Assembly: GCA_030704615.1 (NCBI GenBank)
Contig: CM060733.1
Coordinates: forward strand, 47,926,001-47,990,000
Length of the DNA stretch: 64,000 nt
From: Takakia lepidozioides
Lineage: Eukaryota > Plantae > Bryophyta
Direction of reading: 5' to 3'
The notes under the pieces were generated by a model, which saw only the letters and a program-made list of their open reading frames with translations, searched no databases and was not told the origin of the DNA. The translations under genes and the position numbers were made by a program. Positions 1-12,379 of the stretch are shown here, one piece after another. Numbering within the stretch: the first letter of the stretch is position 1; the number at the start of each line of letters is the position of its first letter.

Positions 1-388
1 CAACTTGTCCTCCAATGCTTTCACAGGTTTTGTCCCTACACACTTTGGAAAATGCAGTAGACTTGTTGTTGTAGATCGACATGTTACTTCCAATTAATTC
101 CCTGGGTTAATGTGTCTTGGTGAGCTAGGCCAAAGCCAACACATGACAACATAACTAGCAAGGCAGGAGTGAGCACATCAGTATGCTCACCGACAACATT
201 TGTTTCTGCTCTATTCTCTGAACTAATCCATTACGAGCTACATATGCACAAGGCTTTTAGGCTTAACAAACGCTTTGAGAAAGAAATTTTTTGGGGGCTC
301 TCTCTTTCTTAATTCATGCTATCTCTTGTCCCATAAATGATCTCCTCGGAAGTTTTGAAGTATCATATTTCATGTCCTGTTAATTCCC

Positions 389-3235
389 GTGAAGCTGAGA
401 ACCTTACAAAGCCTGACAGTTTTGTACTTGCTATACAACAATCTCGCAGGTGTGATTCCTACTAGTTTGGGAGATTGCTCATCTTTGGTGGAGCTGGACT
501 TGAGCAACAATCAGCTGGGTGGGCACATACCAAGGGAGTTAGGGGGGTTGCAAAAACTAGCGATCCTTTACCTTTTCAGCAACACACTCATAGGCACCAT
601 TCCTACTACTTTGGGAAATTGCTTATCTTTGGTGCAGCTAGACTTGGACTCCAATCAACTCACTGGAGACATACCGATTGAGCTAGGGAGGTTGGAAAAC
701 CTAACGCAACTTTTCCTTTGGAACAACAGCGTCACAGGCACCATTCCTGCTAGTTTGGGAAATTGTTCATCTTTAGTGGATTTGGTGTTGACCAACAACC
801 AGCTGAGTGGGAACATACCCGTGGAGCTAGGGATGTTGCAGAATCTAACTTTCCTTTATCTTTTCAGCAACAATCTCACAGGCACCATTCCTGCAAGTTT
901 GGGAAACTGCTCATCTTTGGTGGCGGTGGAGTTTTCCGACAATCAGCTTAGTGGGAACATACCCATGGAGCTAGGGGGGTTGCGAAACCTAACTTTTCTG
1001 TATCTTTGGAACAACATGCTTACAGGCACTATTCCATCTAGTTTGGGAAATTGCTCATCTTTGGTGTACCTTGACTTGTACTCAAATCAGCTGAGCGGGA
1101 GCATACCGATGGAGCTAGGGCGGTTGCAAAACCTAGCATACCTTCTCCTGTGGAACAACAGCCTCACAGGTACCATTCCTGCTAGTTTGGGAGATTGCTC
1201 ATCTTTGGTGGTGTTGGACTTGGACTCCAATGAGTTAAGTGGGAACATACCGGTGGAGCTAGGGCAGTTGCGAAGTCTAAGGGTCCTTTACCTCTGGAAT
1301 AACAGGCTCACAGGCACCATTCCGGCTAGTTTGGGAGACTGCTCATCTTTGGTGGAGCTGAAGTTGAACAACAATCAGCTTAGTGGGAACATACCAACGG
1401 AGTTAGGGCAGCTGGAAAACCTTAAGATCCTTTACCTTTGGAAGAATGGACTCACAGGCACAATTCCTACTAGTGTGGGAGATTGCTCATCTTTGGTGGA
1501 ACTAGAATTGTACTCCAATCGATTGACGGGGAGCATACCGATAGATCTAGGTCGGTTGCAAAATCTAGAATATCTTTTCCTGTGGAACAACAGTCTGACT
1601 GGCATCATTCCTACTGGTTTGGGAGGTTGCTCATCGTTGATAGAGTTGGACTTGAGTCTAAATCCGCTGAGTGGAAATGTACCGATGGAGCTAGGGATGT
1701 TGCAAAACCTAACTGCCCTTTACCTTGGGAACAACAGCCTCACAGGCACCATTCCTACTAGTTTGGGAGATTGCTCATCTTTGTTGCAGCTGGGGTTGTA
1801 CTCCAATCAGCTGAGGGGGGGCATACCAATGGAGCTAGGGAGGTTGAAAAACCTAAAATACCTTTACCTTTTTAACAACAACCTTACAGGCACCATTCCT
1901 GTTGATTTAGGAGATTGCTCATTTTTGGTGGAGCTCGACTTGAGCTACAATCAGCTAAGTGGGAACATACCGATTGAGCTAGGGCAGTTGCAAAACCTAA
2001 CACTCCTTGTTCTTAATAACAACAGGCTCACAGGCACCATTCCTACTAGTTTGGGAGATTGCTCATATTTGGAGCAGCTGGGGTTGAGCAACAATCAGCT
2101 GAGTGGGAACATACCTAACGAGCTTGAGAACTGTTCAGGTTTGCAGAGGATAATACTTGGTAACAACTTGATCACTGGAGAGTTCACATTAGATTTGGCA
2201 AAGTTTAGCAACTCTCTTCAGACTCTGTCAGTGAACGACAATCAGTTTTCAGGGAAGGTCCCAATTTCCTTTGGTAAATGCACACATCTTGAGCTGGTTG
2301 ATTTCAGTGTAAACCAGTTCAATGGGAGTGTCCCAATTTTTGAGACTGGTGGTTTTCAGGAACTACGGGTGCTCAGTTTTGGACACAACACACTTGATGG
2401 CACAATTCCAGATTGGATCTGGAATCTGACTCAATTGCAGGTGTTAGATCTCTCACACAACAACTTCATAGGTGGGCTCCCGACAATGTTTAGTCAGTTG
2501 CTAGGCTTCAATGTGAAGGCAAATGCATCGACTGGATTTAGTGGATTGAATGGTCGAGGTTATGGTCCTTTCACTCTCTATACTCAAGACCTCCACATCA
2601 CACTCAAGGGCAGCACAAGGACATTCAGTTACGTCTTATTGACCACAACTTCTTTTGACGTCTCAGCAAATGCGTTCAGTGGCCAAATTCCAGCAGAGAT
2701 TGGATGGTTAGGGGAGCTCCTCAACCTGAATTTATCCCACAATTCCTTCACAGGCCCCATCCCAGGGAGCATGTCCAACATCAGCGCACTGGAGTCCTTG
2801 GACCTCGCCTATAATTTAATGGGCGGTACAATTCCAGACACCTTAGCAAGTTTGAATAACTTGGAGGTCCTTAATCTCTCCGATAATAACTTCTCTGGGC
2901 AGGTTCCAACAGAAGGTGGCTTTAGTACAAGATTCCTAAACTCGTCATTTCTTGACAATCCTGCTCTATGTGGGTTTCCTCTCTCCAGGAAATGCCCCTC
3001 ACAAAAAAATACCAGCTCAACCCCACCAAGCCCAATTATCGACACTGATAAAACCACATTCATAGATCAGGTTGAAGAGTTTCTATCAATTCCTGGCTTT
3101 GTCTTGGGCATGGTGTTTGGGTTTGTTTCTGTATTAACAACGGCCATTGCCTGGGCTCCAGCACGCCGTTTGATATTGGAACCCACGGTGGTGAACTACG
3201 ATCGCAAGTATGGAGCATTTTCCTCTCGACAGTGA
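389..3235 (+). CDS. LRR receptor-like protein (extracellular LRRs, island domain, TM helix, short cytoplasmic tail, no kinase); true N-terminus lies upstream of 389 and beyond the window start
   Basis: 948-aa ORF of plant-type LxxLxLxxNxLxGxIP repeats; island with Yx8KG (YTQDLHITLKG); C-cap NPALCGFPLSRKC; TM GFVLGMVFGF (GxxxG). ORF start is GTG. Bases 1-78 encode the preceding LRR (NLSSNAFTGFVPTHFGKC), as in the paralog at 24356. Confidence 0.92.
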   Translation: MKLRTLQSLTVLYLLYNNLAGVIPTSLGDCSSLVELDLSNNQLGGHIPRELGGLQKLAILYLFSNTLIGTIPTTLGNCLSLVQLDLDSNQLTGDIPIELGRLENLTQLFLWNNSVTGTIPASLGNCSSLVDLVLTNNQLSGNIPVELGMLQNLTFLYLFSNNLTGTIPASLGNCSSLVAVEFSDNQLSGNIPMELGGLRNLTFLYLWNNMLTGTIPSSLGNCSSLVYLDLYSNQLSGSIPMELGRLQNLAYLLLWNNSLTGTIPASLGDCSSLVVLDLDSNELSGNIPVELGQLRSLRVLYLWNNRLTGTIPASLGDCSSLVELKLNNNQLSGNIPTELGQLENLKILYLWKNGLTGTIPTSVGDCSSLVELELYSNRLTGSIPIDLGRLQNLEYLFLWNNSLTGIIPTGLGGCSSLIELDLSLNPLSGNVPMELGMLQNLTALYLGNNSLTGTIPTSLGDCSSLLQLGLYSNQLRGGIPMELGRLKNLKYLYLFNNNLTGTIPVDLGDCSFLVELDLSYNQLSGNIPIELGQLQNLTLLVLNNNRLTGTIPTSLGDCSYLEQLGLSNNQLSGNIPNELENCSGLQRIILGNNLITGEFTLDLAKFSNSLQTLSVNDNQFSGKVPISFGKCTHLELVDFSVNQFNGSVPIFETGGFQELRVLSFGHNTLDGTIPDWIWNLTQLQVLDLSHNNFIGGLPTMFSQLLGFNVKANASTGFSGLNGRGYGPFTLYTQDLHITLKGSTRTFSYVLLTTTSFDVSANAFSGQIPAEIGWLGELLNLNLSHNSFTGPIPGSMSNISALESLDLAYNLMGGTIPDTLASLNNLEVLNLSDNNFSGQVPTEGGFSTRFLNSSFLDNPALCGFPLSRKCPSQKNTSSTPPSPIIDTDKTTFIDQVEEFLSIPGFVLGMVFGFVSVLTTAIAWAPARRLILEPTVVNYDRKYGAFSSRQ

Positions 3236-3629
3236 AGCGATGGTGATGGTGGTGATGTGTTTTGTGGACATGTAGCCAGATGCCAAAAGTGTTTGTGTAC
3301 TCCATATGAAGCTTGTTCGCCTCTGTTTGTAGTTCTAAGCTCGAAACAGACAGATCTTGCAGATTTTGCCTGTATATTCTGAGACTCTGCACCGGGAACT
3401 TCTTGCAATTTAACAGTTTATATGCTTGTAGCGACTACAGATCTCCATCTGCTTTTGATCTCTAGTCACTTTCCTTGGGATAGAATCCAATAAAACTGCA
3501 CATGGGTTGAACTCTTCACCGAGGAGATGTACACTACCATAAATGGCCTACAGCTCGAGGGCAACTCGTATTTTTGGGGCGCGAGGTCACTTCTGATGTT
3601 GATGTAATCATCATACAGAAATCTCAACT

Positions 3630-3905
3630 CTGTCCTACAGAACACTTCTTCTTCTACTGCCCTCTATACTACGAGATCCGTGGGAGATTCCACTGTTTAT
3701 TCAGTGGAACCCAAACTCTCACTGATGTCTTCCACTATGAGGATAAAAAATGCTTGGCAGCCTACCTGCACGAGGCCTTCACCCTTCGACATTCGCTAGA
3801 ACATTAATTGTGGTTTCTAGACTTGTTCTCTCTCATGTTTCCATTTTGTCCCATAAGCTCTATGAGCTTTCCGCGGACGTTATAAAGTACCATTTCATTT
3901 CATTT
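3630..3905 (+). mobile_element. Possible 3' fragment of a non-LTR retroelement
   Basis: EHFFFYCPLYYEIR resembles the second half of a LINE C-terminal CCHC knuckle; ends in a short (CATTT)n tail. Confidence 0.4.
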
Positions 3906-4531
3906 CTGTTCCAACTTGACAATCCGAAGTGCAATTGCCAGCTTGTTTCTAGGCTTTTGTCTTCCAGATGTCTGCAGGATGACAAGCAATTCTGGAGTGG
4001 AGAAAAGCATTCAGTAAAATTTACAGTTCATTGCCGTGTGAATGTCATGATGTAAGGTGGCATCCGATGCTATGCAAATGTTTCTTTATTAAGTTGCTCT
4101 TTACAACAATAAATTGTATTGTTAGGGGCCATCATCCACTGAACTGGTAAATGGATATAATTGGATATAGCAAAAAGTTTAGTGTGTTTGCAAGAGAGAG
4201 ATTTTGTGCATATCTGAGGACTCTAAAGAAGGGGAGAGGAGGAAGAGGAGACCAGGAGGGAGAAAAAAATTCATCCACACAAGTGATGGAAATATATTGA
4301 CAACAGGAGCAGAACTTAGTGTTGGTGAACTGATCATTGCATTCAGCACTTCAAATGTTTCATCTCTGAAACCCACAGTAGGTAGATATAAACACAATTT
4401 GAGCAAGTCATTTGATCTGCAACCTCTCTCTCTCAACTTTTGTGGGGACATATGGAACTCTCTTCACTTCAGTCACTTAACTTGATAAACTTTAGTCGTA
4501 CAGGTGATTGTATGGACGAGATTTGCAAATG

Positions 4532-4990
4532 GCCATCGCCTGGGCTCCAGCACGCCATTTGATATTGCAACCCACGATCGCAAGTATGGAGCATTTTCCT
4601 CTCGACGCTGAAGCAATGGTGGTGCTGTGTTTCGTGGACATATGTTTAGGTAGCCAGATGCCAAAGTGTTTGTGTACTCCATATGAAATTGTTCGCTCTG
4701 TTTGTAGTTCTAAGCTCGAAACAGACAGATCTTGCAGAGTTTACCTGTAGAATCTGAGACTTTGCACCTGGAACTTCTTGCAGTTTGACAGTTTATATGC
4801 TTAGCAACTACAGATCTCATCCATCTGCTTTTGATCTCTAGTCACTTTCCTTGGGATAGAATCCAATAAAACTGCACATGGGTAGAACTCTTCACCCAGG
4901 AAATGTACACTACCCCATAAATGACCTACAGCTCTTGAGGAGGTGACACTCAAGTCTACAGCCATTTTTGGGGCGCGAGGTCGCTTCTGA
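4532..4990 (+). repeat. Local duplicate of the RLP 3' end and 3' UTR (about 3142-3597)
   Basis: GCCATCGCCTGGGCTCCAGCACG... realigns with 3142 onward, with small indels. Confidence 0.85.
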
Positions 4991-5012
4991 TCCATACATG
5001 AAGGAAGCCAGT

Positions 5013-5397
5013 TTGTTGGCTCTCTTGCAGAGAGAGACTTTGCAACATGTTGAAGTCAATGGAGAAAATGTGGTCAAAGGACCTTACACCGTGTCAAGGC
5101 TCCGATTGGTCCGATTGTGCTGAGCTATGCCCCTTACTCTCACCTTCTGCTTATGTTTTGCCAAAGCAAGAGAGCCCATCGCAGTTGTAGGCTTGTGTTT
5201 TTTTGTTTTGTTGGCTCTCTTGGAGAGAGAAACTTTGCATCATGTTGAAGTCGGTGGAGAAAATGTGGTCAAAGGACCTTACACCGTGTCAAGGCACCGA
5301 TTGGTGTGTTATGCTTAGTCATGCCCCTTCCTCTCACCATGCCCCTTCCTCTTATATTTTGACAAAGCCAGAGAGCCAATCTCCGTTTTAGGCTTGT
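5013..5397. repeat. Two tandem copies of a ~190-bp repeat; third copy at about 7984-8165
   Basis: Shared ...ATGTTGAAGTC..GGAGAAAATGTGGTCAAAGGACCTTACAC... core in all three copies. Confidence 0.8.
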
Positions 5398-5489
5398 TTT
5401 GTTTTGTTTTGTTTTGTCACGTAGAGATGTCCCAAACTGCCAGCCCCAGCCATGGTGCTTGGTACCATTGGAAAGCCCTCGTTGAAATC

Positions 5490-6724
5490 TAAGACCGAAT
5501 GCAATTTCCTATGTATCCAATGCGTCTCTTGTGTTGAGGCCCAAGTGCCACCTCTAGTGTAGCTTATGCCGTTGGCCCATGTGTGAAGAATTAAAATCTA
5601 AGCCCAAGTGCAATGTCCTGTGTATCCAAGTGCGTCTCCTATGTCTTGGCCCTAGTGCGACCTCTAGGGTAGCCTGTGCCGTTGGCCCACATTAGCTTAT
5701 GAATAAATTGTCATCTAAGCCCAAGTGCAATGTCCTGTGTATCCAAGTGCGTCTCCTATGTCTTGGCCCTAGTGCGACCTCTAGGGTAGCCTGTGCCGAT
5801 GGCCCACATTAGCTTATGAATAAATTGTCATCTAAGCCCAAGTGCAATCTCCTATATTGTATCCAAGTGCGTCTCCTATGTCGAGGCCCAAGTGCGACCT
5901 CTAGGGTAGCCTGCACCGTTGGCCCAAATGTCCAGCGTAATCTTTAAGTCCAAGTGCATCTCCTATGTGGAGGCCCAAGTGCGACTCTAGGATAAAATAG
6001 CAAAGTGAGGTTTCCTGGGAGCCTCGACGGGAGATATATCAATAATGGACAACCAGCATGTAGCCCAGTGGTAATGGGGACATACCACGTTGGATGTGGT
6101 TGTGGGTTCAAACCACGATCTGGTGTGTCATGAAAGATGTTCACCTTTCAGCTGGAAGGTAGTAGCCCTTGTGGTGAAGAGACTCCATAATTTACGCTCC
6201 CTTTGGGAGGCGTCTATATATATGTTTTTAATCAATAATGATGGATATATTACTACTCAATAAATTAATGGAAAAAAATACATCGGGCCTTGACATGGGC
6301 GACGTACTTGGATACATAAGAGATTGCACTTGGGCAAGTTAGATGACATTGGACACTTGGGCCTCTACATGGGAGATGCACTTGGATACATAAATAGAAG
6401 ATTGCACTTGGGCTTAGATGGGCCTCGACATGGGAGATGCACTTGGATAAGTAAGAAATTGCACATGGGCTTAGATTTCAATTCTTCACACATGGGCCAA
6501 CGACATAGGCTACACTAGAGTTCGCACTTGGCATAGGAGACGCACTGGGATACATAAGAAATTGCACTTGGTCTTAGATTTCAACTCTTCACACATGGGC
6601 CAAAGACATAGTCTACCCTAGAGGTTGCACTTGGGCCTTGACCTAGGAAACGCACTTGGATACATAGAAGATCTTACACTTAGATGATACTCGACACTTG
6701 GGCCAACGGCACAGGCTACCCTAG
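5490..6724. repeat. Foldback-like array: ~117-bp tandem units (5490-5990) and their reverse complements (6285-6724)
   Basis: CCCAAGTGCAA/TATCCAAGTGCGTCTCCTATG/CTCTAGGGTAGCC units on the left; CACTTGGATAC/TTGCACTTGG/CTACCCTAG on the right. Confidence 0.8.
6048..6230 (+). mobile_element. tRNA-derived SINE
   Basis: A box TAGCCCAGTGG, B box GGTTCAAACC, TA/T tail; 10-bp TSD ATCAATAATG at 6038-6047 and 6231-6240. Confidence 0.8.
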
Positions 6725-9163
6725 TGTCCATTACAACAATGGGATGCTAGGGTTAGTGCAAAGCTTTTCCTTCATTCTTTAATTCTCTTTTGGTCTTTAG
6801 ATCCATACCAAATAAGAATCCCAATATGGTAGTTGTTGTGGCTGTTGCTACAGGTTGGCTCATAAAGTGGTGAACAACAGTATGGGATTGTTTTCTCCCA
6901 AAGAGGCTCCAAAGTATGGTATTGGACAGCTTGTTTGCTATTGGCCGAGCCTAGGTATCATCTACCTTTCTTAATAGCTATAACCCCATTGGATCCGCAC
7001 GGTTAGCTGAAGTCCTTAAAATTCTGCAAGAAGGGCATAGCCTTCAACTCCAGTTCCCTGCCGAAGACCTTGGCTTCAGGTTTGTGCAGATATACACTAC
7101 TGGTAGTGGGAAGGAGGTAGAAATATGGAGAGAGAGGCATCTTCTAGGGTTGAGAAGTCACACTGTTGTCTCTTTTTCTCCTTTCATGGAACTACATTCA
7201 GTCTCAAAAGGTGTGTAGGTACTTAAAGGGAGCCAGTGTCCCTGCACAAGGGGAGTGTTCGATCCCCAAAGATAGGCATGCCCCTACAGGCAGGAGAAGA
7301 GAATATATTCCATCAACTCAACCAGTTGCACGGCTTCCACATTTCCCTATTGTTTTCCTCTCTTTGAATTCTTTGGCAGTCCACAAGGTATTTTCATGTC
7401 TATTATGCACAAGGGGGTGCCCCCAGGAAGGAATCGCCCCTTAAAAATGAGAGGGGGTGGTTCCATGGACAGGTTTCCATTCACCCCCCTAGAAATCTTT
7501 AATTGTTGTGGGCCCATGACATAATAATTGACAATTAGTTTTGGATAGAAATGTCAAAAATCATTCCCTCTCCTAAAATCTAACTTACTTTGGATGGAAA
7601 TCAATGGTATTTTGTAGGCTGCGGCCCCCTATAGGAAAAGACAAAGGTGTCAGTTAGGGACGCCGTGAAACCTTGTGAAGGGACGGTTTTTTTGCGCCCC
7701 TTAGCAAAGGGCGAATCCACTGGCTGTTGCATGAAGGGGGTCGGGACGTCTATGTGGAGGCGGTGCTGTACATGTAAGATAAGGGTTAGTGTTGGTTTCG
7801 ACTACTCATGCCTCATAAATCTTGGGGCGATTCATGCGGGGGCGCTTGCAGCTGCCCATGGAACCCGGCTCTAAGTGTCTCTCAAATCAACAACTGTAGC
7901 GTCATGTGATATTTGGAGAGGCTATCTAATATGGTTGTGTTGGACTGTCAAAGCCTTTGCTAACATGTCTTCTGCATCGACGTTTGTTGGCTCTCTTGTA
8001 GAGAAAGACTTTGCATCATGTTGAAGTCAACGGAGAAAATGTGGTCAAAGGACCTTACACCATGTCAAGACTCTGATTGGTGTGTTGTGCTGAGTCATGC
8101 CCCTTACTCTCACCTTCCTCTTATGCTATGCCAAAGCAAGAGAGCCAATCGCCGTTTTAGGCTTGTTAAATGGGAACTTGTTCAACTCTGGAGTCTGGAC
8201 CTCATTCGTGTAGACAGACTCAAGTTTTGTCTCATTGTTGGGTGCAATAAAAGCGGGTGCGCATGGGGGTGTAAAGCCCCATACTTGCATAAGCCGGGAA
8301 ATAGCCCGTTTCATCCAAAACGGTGATACACATTCCCGTAATTTTAACAAGCGTATCAAGTATTCTAACCTGTTTCAGGTGGGACAGACTGTGTGCGTTC
8401 GATTACAACATAACAAGCATGCATGCAAGTCTAAGCTCAAGATCAACGGTCCATACTTGATCTATCAGATTTTACGTGGGCGACGTGCTCTTCTTCTTCC
8501 CCAAGGCTCTAACACTGAAGTGCGGGATGAACCTGTTTCCTTGACAGACTTGGTGCATTCCGAGCTCGTTTTTTTTATCTCGCATGTATCAATGTGGAGG
8601 GCGCACGGTGGGGTGATGTCTTGCTCTTCTTCGCAATCTACTTCAGCTTATTCCACTTCTCTTCTTAGCGGCTTAGTCTTAGTTTACGGCTGATGACTCC
8701 TGGGATCCTCGGACTTGAACTCTCTAGGACTTAAAACATTTCTAAAGACATCTCACCATTTGTACTCCCTGCACGGTTTTCCTAGCCAAGGGTTTTGTCC
8801 TCGGCCCAACTTACAGGTGCCAGGTTTTCCCTTGGTAGGTTTTTCACCCAGCAGTGGAGGTTGATATTTTCCCATCGTTGTTTTCCTTCACGGAGCTCAA
8901 GATTTTTTCGTGGGGGTAGGCTTCACAGATGTAAAGCCCCATATTTGCTTAAGCCGGGAAATAGCCCGTTTCATCCAAAACGGCGATACACATTCATAGT
9001 ATATTTTTTGGCGTGTAAAGTCGTTAATCCGTTACAATGATGTTTAGGTTAGGGTTAGTTTAGGCTGGTGGCTTGATCCTGGCCCTTCATCAGATCTAGG
9101 GCTACAAGGCAGCACCGTGGGCTTTGGCCTATGATGCCTCGCCACGTGGTGGGCCACTATGGT

Positions 9164-10223
9164 TCACATGGTCCTTCCAAATCATGCCATCCCGACCCTC
9201 CAAGATCAGGACTCCTGAGGGCAACACCTCTCGAACCCTCAAAATAGTACGTCATGCAGTCACATCCAAGGTCGTAGGAGCAGTCTGCTGCAGATAAACA
9301 TAGTCATCAGGGTTAAATCTCCAAATCCCAGGACGATAGCCCCCACCACGTATGGTAGCATACCTCAATGTATCACGATGTTGTGCAATGGCAAGGTTCT
9401 CGAAAGCCATGGGCATGACTTTCTTGAACAACTCTGCACGTTGATCACATGCATGTGCCCACATGTCCGGATCGTCAAGGTTGAGAACTGTAGCAGCTTC
9501 TCTACGAATGGATGCAGGCAAATCCGGCTCTCGGCCAAAGAGAAGAAAGTATGGTGAGAAGGAGGCAAGTGATGCTTGCTTGCTGAACCTGTAGCCCATG
9601 GCTAACCAAGGTACCTGAAGGTCCCAATCTCCTAGGTGTCCCTTCTGCAAACCATACTTGCGCAAACCCCTCTTCATTGTTTGAACAACCCTCTCTGCCA
9701 AGCCATCGGCCTCAGGATGATCCCGAGAAGTGGTGCGGTGGTCTACCAAGGCCTTGTCACACAACGCCTGAAACTCCCCCTAGAACTCTCTCCCTTGGTC
9801 CGTGAGTACCTCAGTTGGAGCACCGAATCGGCTAAGTACACAATCCAAGAATGCATACGCAGCTCCCTCACTAGCCTTATCAGGCAATGGAACCAACTCG
9901 ATCCACTTGGAAAAGTGCTCCACCATCACCAACACGTACTTGTTGTGGCGCATGGTCAATGGCAACGGCCCTGCGAAGTCAAGACTTCACCTGTAGCCCA
10001 ATCCCATGATCGGAAGAGGGTGCAATTGTGGTGTAGGGGCGTTGAATGAAGCACGCACCCTCTCACACACCATGTACCTAGCCACAAATTGTTGCACCTT
10101 ACCACGCCACCAATACTGCCCCTGAAGTAGACTATGAGTGCGTCGCACCCCAAAATGCCCCAACTCCTCATGGGCATGCCGCACTAACCGTGCCCGCTGT
10201 ATTGGGTGAGGCACAATCCTCAC
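9164..10223 (-). pseudogene. Element A DDE integrase
   Basis: HEELGHFG (HHCC remnant), VLTDQGREF, HPEADGLAER, SPYFLLFGR; tail ...LEGRDGMIWKDHV. Confidence 0.92.
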
Positions 10224-10979
10224 TCAACCATCCTCCCACACTCGGAGCAGGTGTGTCCCCTCCCACTTGAACCTCTTGGCTCGTTGTAGGATCTGATCCC
10301 TCTCCTTAGCAGTCACAGTGGCTGCCGTGTCTCCAGTGCGGAGATAGTCCAACACAGTTGAATCCTCATGTATATCTTTGGCGCCACCTTGCTCATTGCT
10401 GGCCTCAGGGTCCTCAGACACTCGGTCTACAGTCACCCCTATTGTAGGTCCAACCTGGCTTTCCGCTGCCAAGATACATAGAAATGTAGATGCATGCCAT
10501 CCAGGCACCATCTCCTCGTCCGTCTCACCATGCCACCGAGCTCCAGTGTCATCCTGCTGGCTCGTGCATGGATTGCGACTCAACCCATCCGCATCCCGAT
10601 TGACCAAACCCGGTCGATGCACAACCTGAAAGTCATACTTTTGAAGTATGAGTGCCCACCGTGCAAGCTTCCCCGTAAGCTTGTCTGACTCTATCAACCA
10701 CTTGAGTGGCTGGTGATCCGTGACAAGGGTGAAGAGATTGCCGTATAGATAGCACCTGAAGTGTGCCACGGCCCACACTGCAGCTAAGCACTCTCCCTCA
10801 TATGAGCTATACTTAGCCTCTGCAGCGTTGTTCGAGCGGCTAGCATAAGCCACTAGGAACTCTCTTCCCTCATCATCCACCTGTGTGAGCACCGCTCCAA
10901 GCCCCAGCATGCTCCAATCTGTATGCAGCTGAAAATGACGCCCCCTGATAGGTCGTCTCAAGATGGGCGCCGAGGTCAA
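10224..10979 (-). pseudogene. Element A RNase H
   Basis: LHTDWS, YSSYEGECLA, LVTDHQPL, DADGLSR. Confidence 0.92.
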
Positions 10980-11009
10980 CCTCGCCTTGAGCTCTTGAAA
11001 AGCTTGTTC

Positions 11010-11940
11010 TTACTCATCTTCCCACTGCCACTCCTGGTCCACCTTGGTTAGCTTGGTTAGAGCCTTTGCAATGGCACTAAATCCCTTGACAAACCGTCTA
11101 TAATAGTTTGCCAACCCCATGAAAGCTCGGACTCGGCTCACATCCGTGGGGCGTGGAATCTGTGCAATGGCCTCTACCTTAGTCTGCTGTATCCCCAATC
11201 CTCCAGGATATATCATGTGACCCAGATACTCAATTTGGTTGTGGAAAAACTTGCACTTCCCCGGATGTAACTTCAATCCGTGCGCCCTCAAGCGCTCAAA
11301 TACCACCTGAAGGTGTCTCTCATGCTCCTCCACCGTAGCACTAAAGATGATGATGTCATCTATGTAGCATCGAGCAAACTCCACCCCTGCTAGAATCCTG
11401 TCCATGACTCTCTGAAACTCTGCAGGAGCGTTCTTAAGCCCAATTGGTAAGAACCGCCACTGGTATAGGCAATCCTTCCCGTGCTCATTGATCCCCCCAA
11501 AATGTCGTCTTCTGCTTATCCGCCTCCTTGATCGGCAATTGGTGATATCTGGATCGTAAATCCAAAGTGCTAAAGACCTTGGCATGCCCAATGGCATCAA
11601 AGATCTCCTTTGGTGTCGGCATGGCATACCTCTTGGACTTGGTCTGACGATTTACAGGCCGGTAATCACCGCACATACGTCTCTCCGTCCAATTGCCATA
11701 GACATCCTTCTTGGCTGGCATCACTGTGGCTGAAGCATACTCTCCACCAGATAGCTCCACCAAACCAGCTTCCCAAAGGTCCTGAGTCCTCATCTGAATC
11801 AAGGACCTCTCCATGTCACTGTATCTATAGGGTCTCCGAAAGATTGACGTGTCAGTGGCCAATTCAATGCGAATCTCTTGACCTTTCAGTGCTCCCAAGT
11901 CCTTCAAACTGAAGGCAAAGCAGTTCCTGTAAGCCCTCAA
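11010..11940 (-). pseudogene. Element A reverse transcriptase
   Basis: RMCGDYRPVN, LDLRSRYHQ, LPIGLKNAPAEFQR, YIDD, YLGH; frameshift near 11490. Confidence 0.95.
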
Positions 11941-12379
11941 GAATCGCCGTATACGTCGTCTCTCTCCTCCGATGACTATGGGTCCAACATCAGGCTCCTA
12001 GTTGTCCTCCGTGAGTGCAACCTTGAGTCCAGCAGGCTTAGAGGTAGAAGACGCGTCCCGTGGTTGCTATGTTGTAACCTCTTGAGCTGTGACCACTTCC
12101 TGCTCTGTCAGTGACAATGTCTCATCATGCCCCACCATCTCATCCTTGAGGACCTCCTCAACTCGAGAAAAATCCCCAACCTCATCCATCACCGCCGCCT
12201 TGGCTGCCAACTCCCTCTGAACCTCGAGCACCTCCCACGTGTGCCATGGATGCGGCCTGCACCTCGTGGTCCTCACCTGTTCGCCCCCACTCGCTGCTTG
12301 TACCGTCTCGGTAGGCAGAGAGACTATCAAGGGAAGTGTACTCCGTACTCTGCGCTGCTCAGCCATAGCCAAGCTGATA

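Noticed and set aside
5490-5990. CRISPR-like regularly spaced repeats
   Set aside because: Whole units repeat with no unique spacers; eukaryotic context, no cas genes.
8235-9040. ORF with a GPY motif between two ~66-bp direct repeats (8270, 8930)
   Set aside because: Probably a degraded retroelement tail; no TSD or further domain to support a call.
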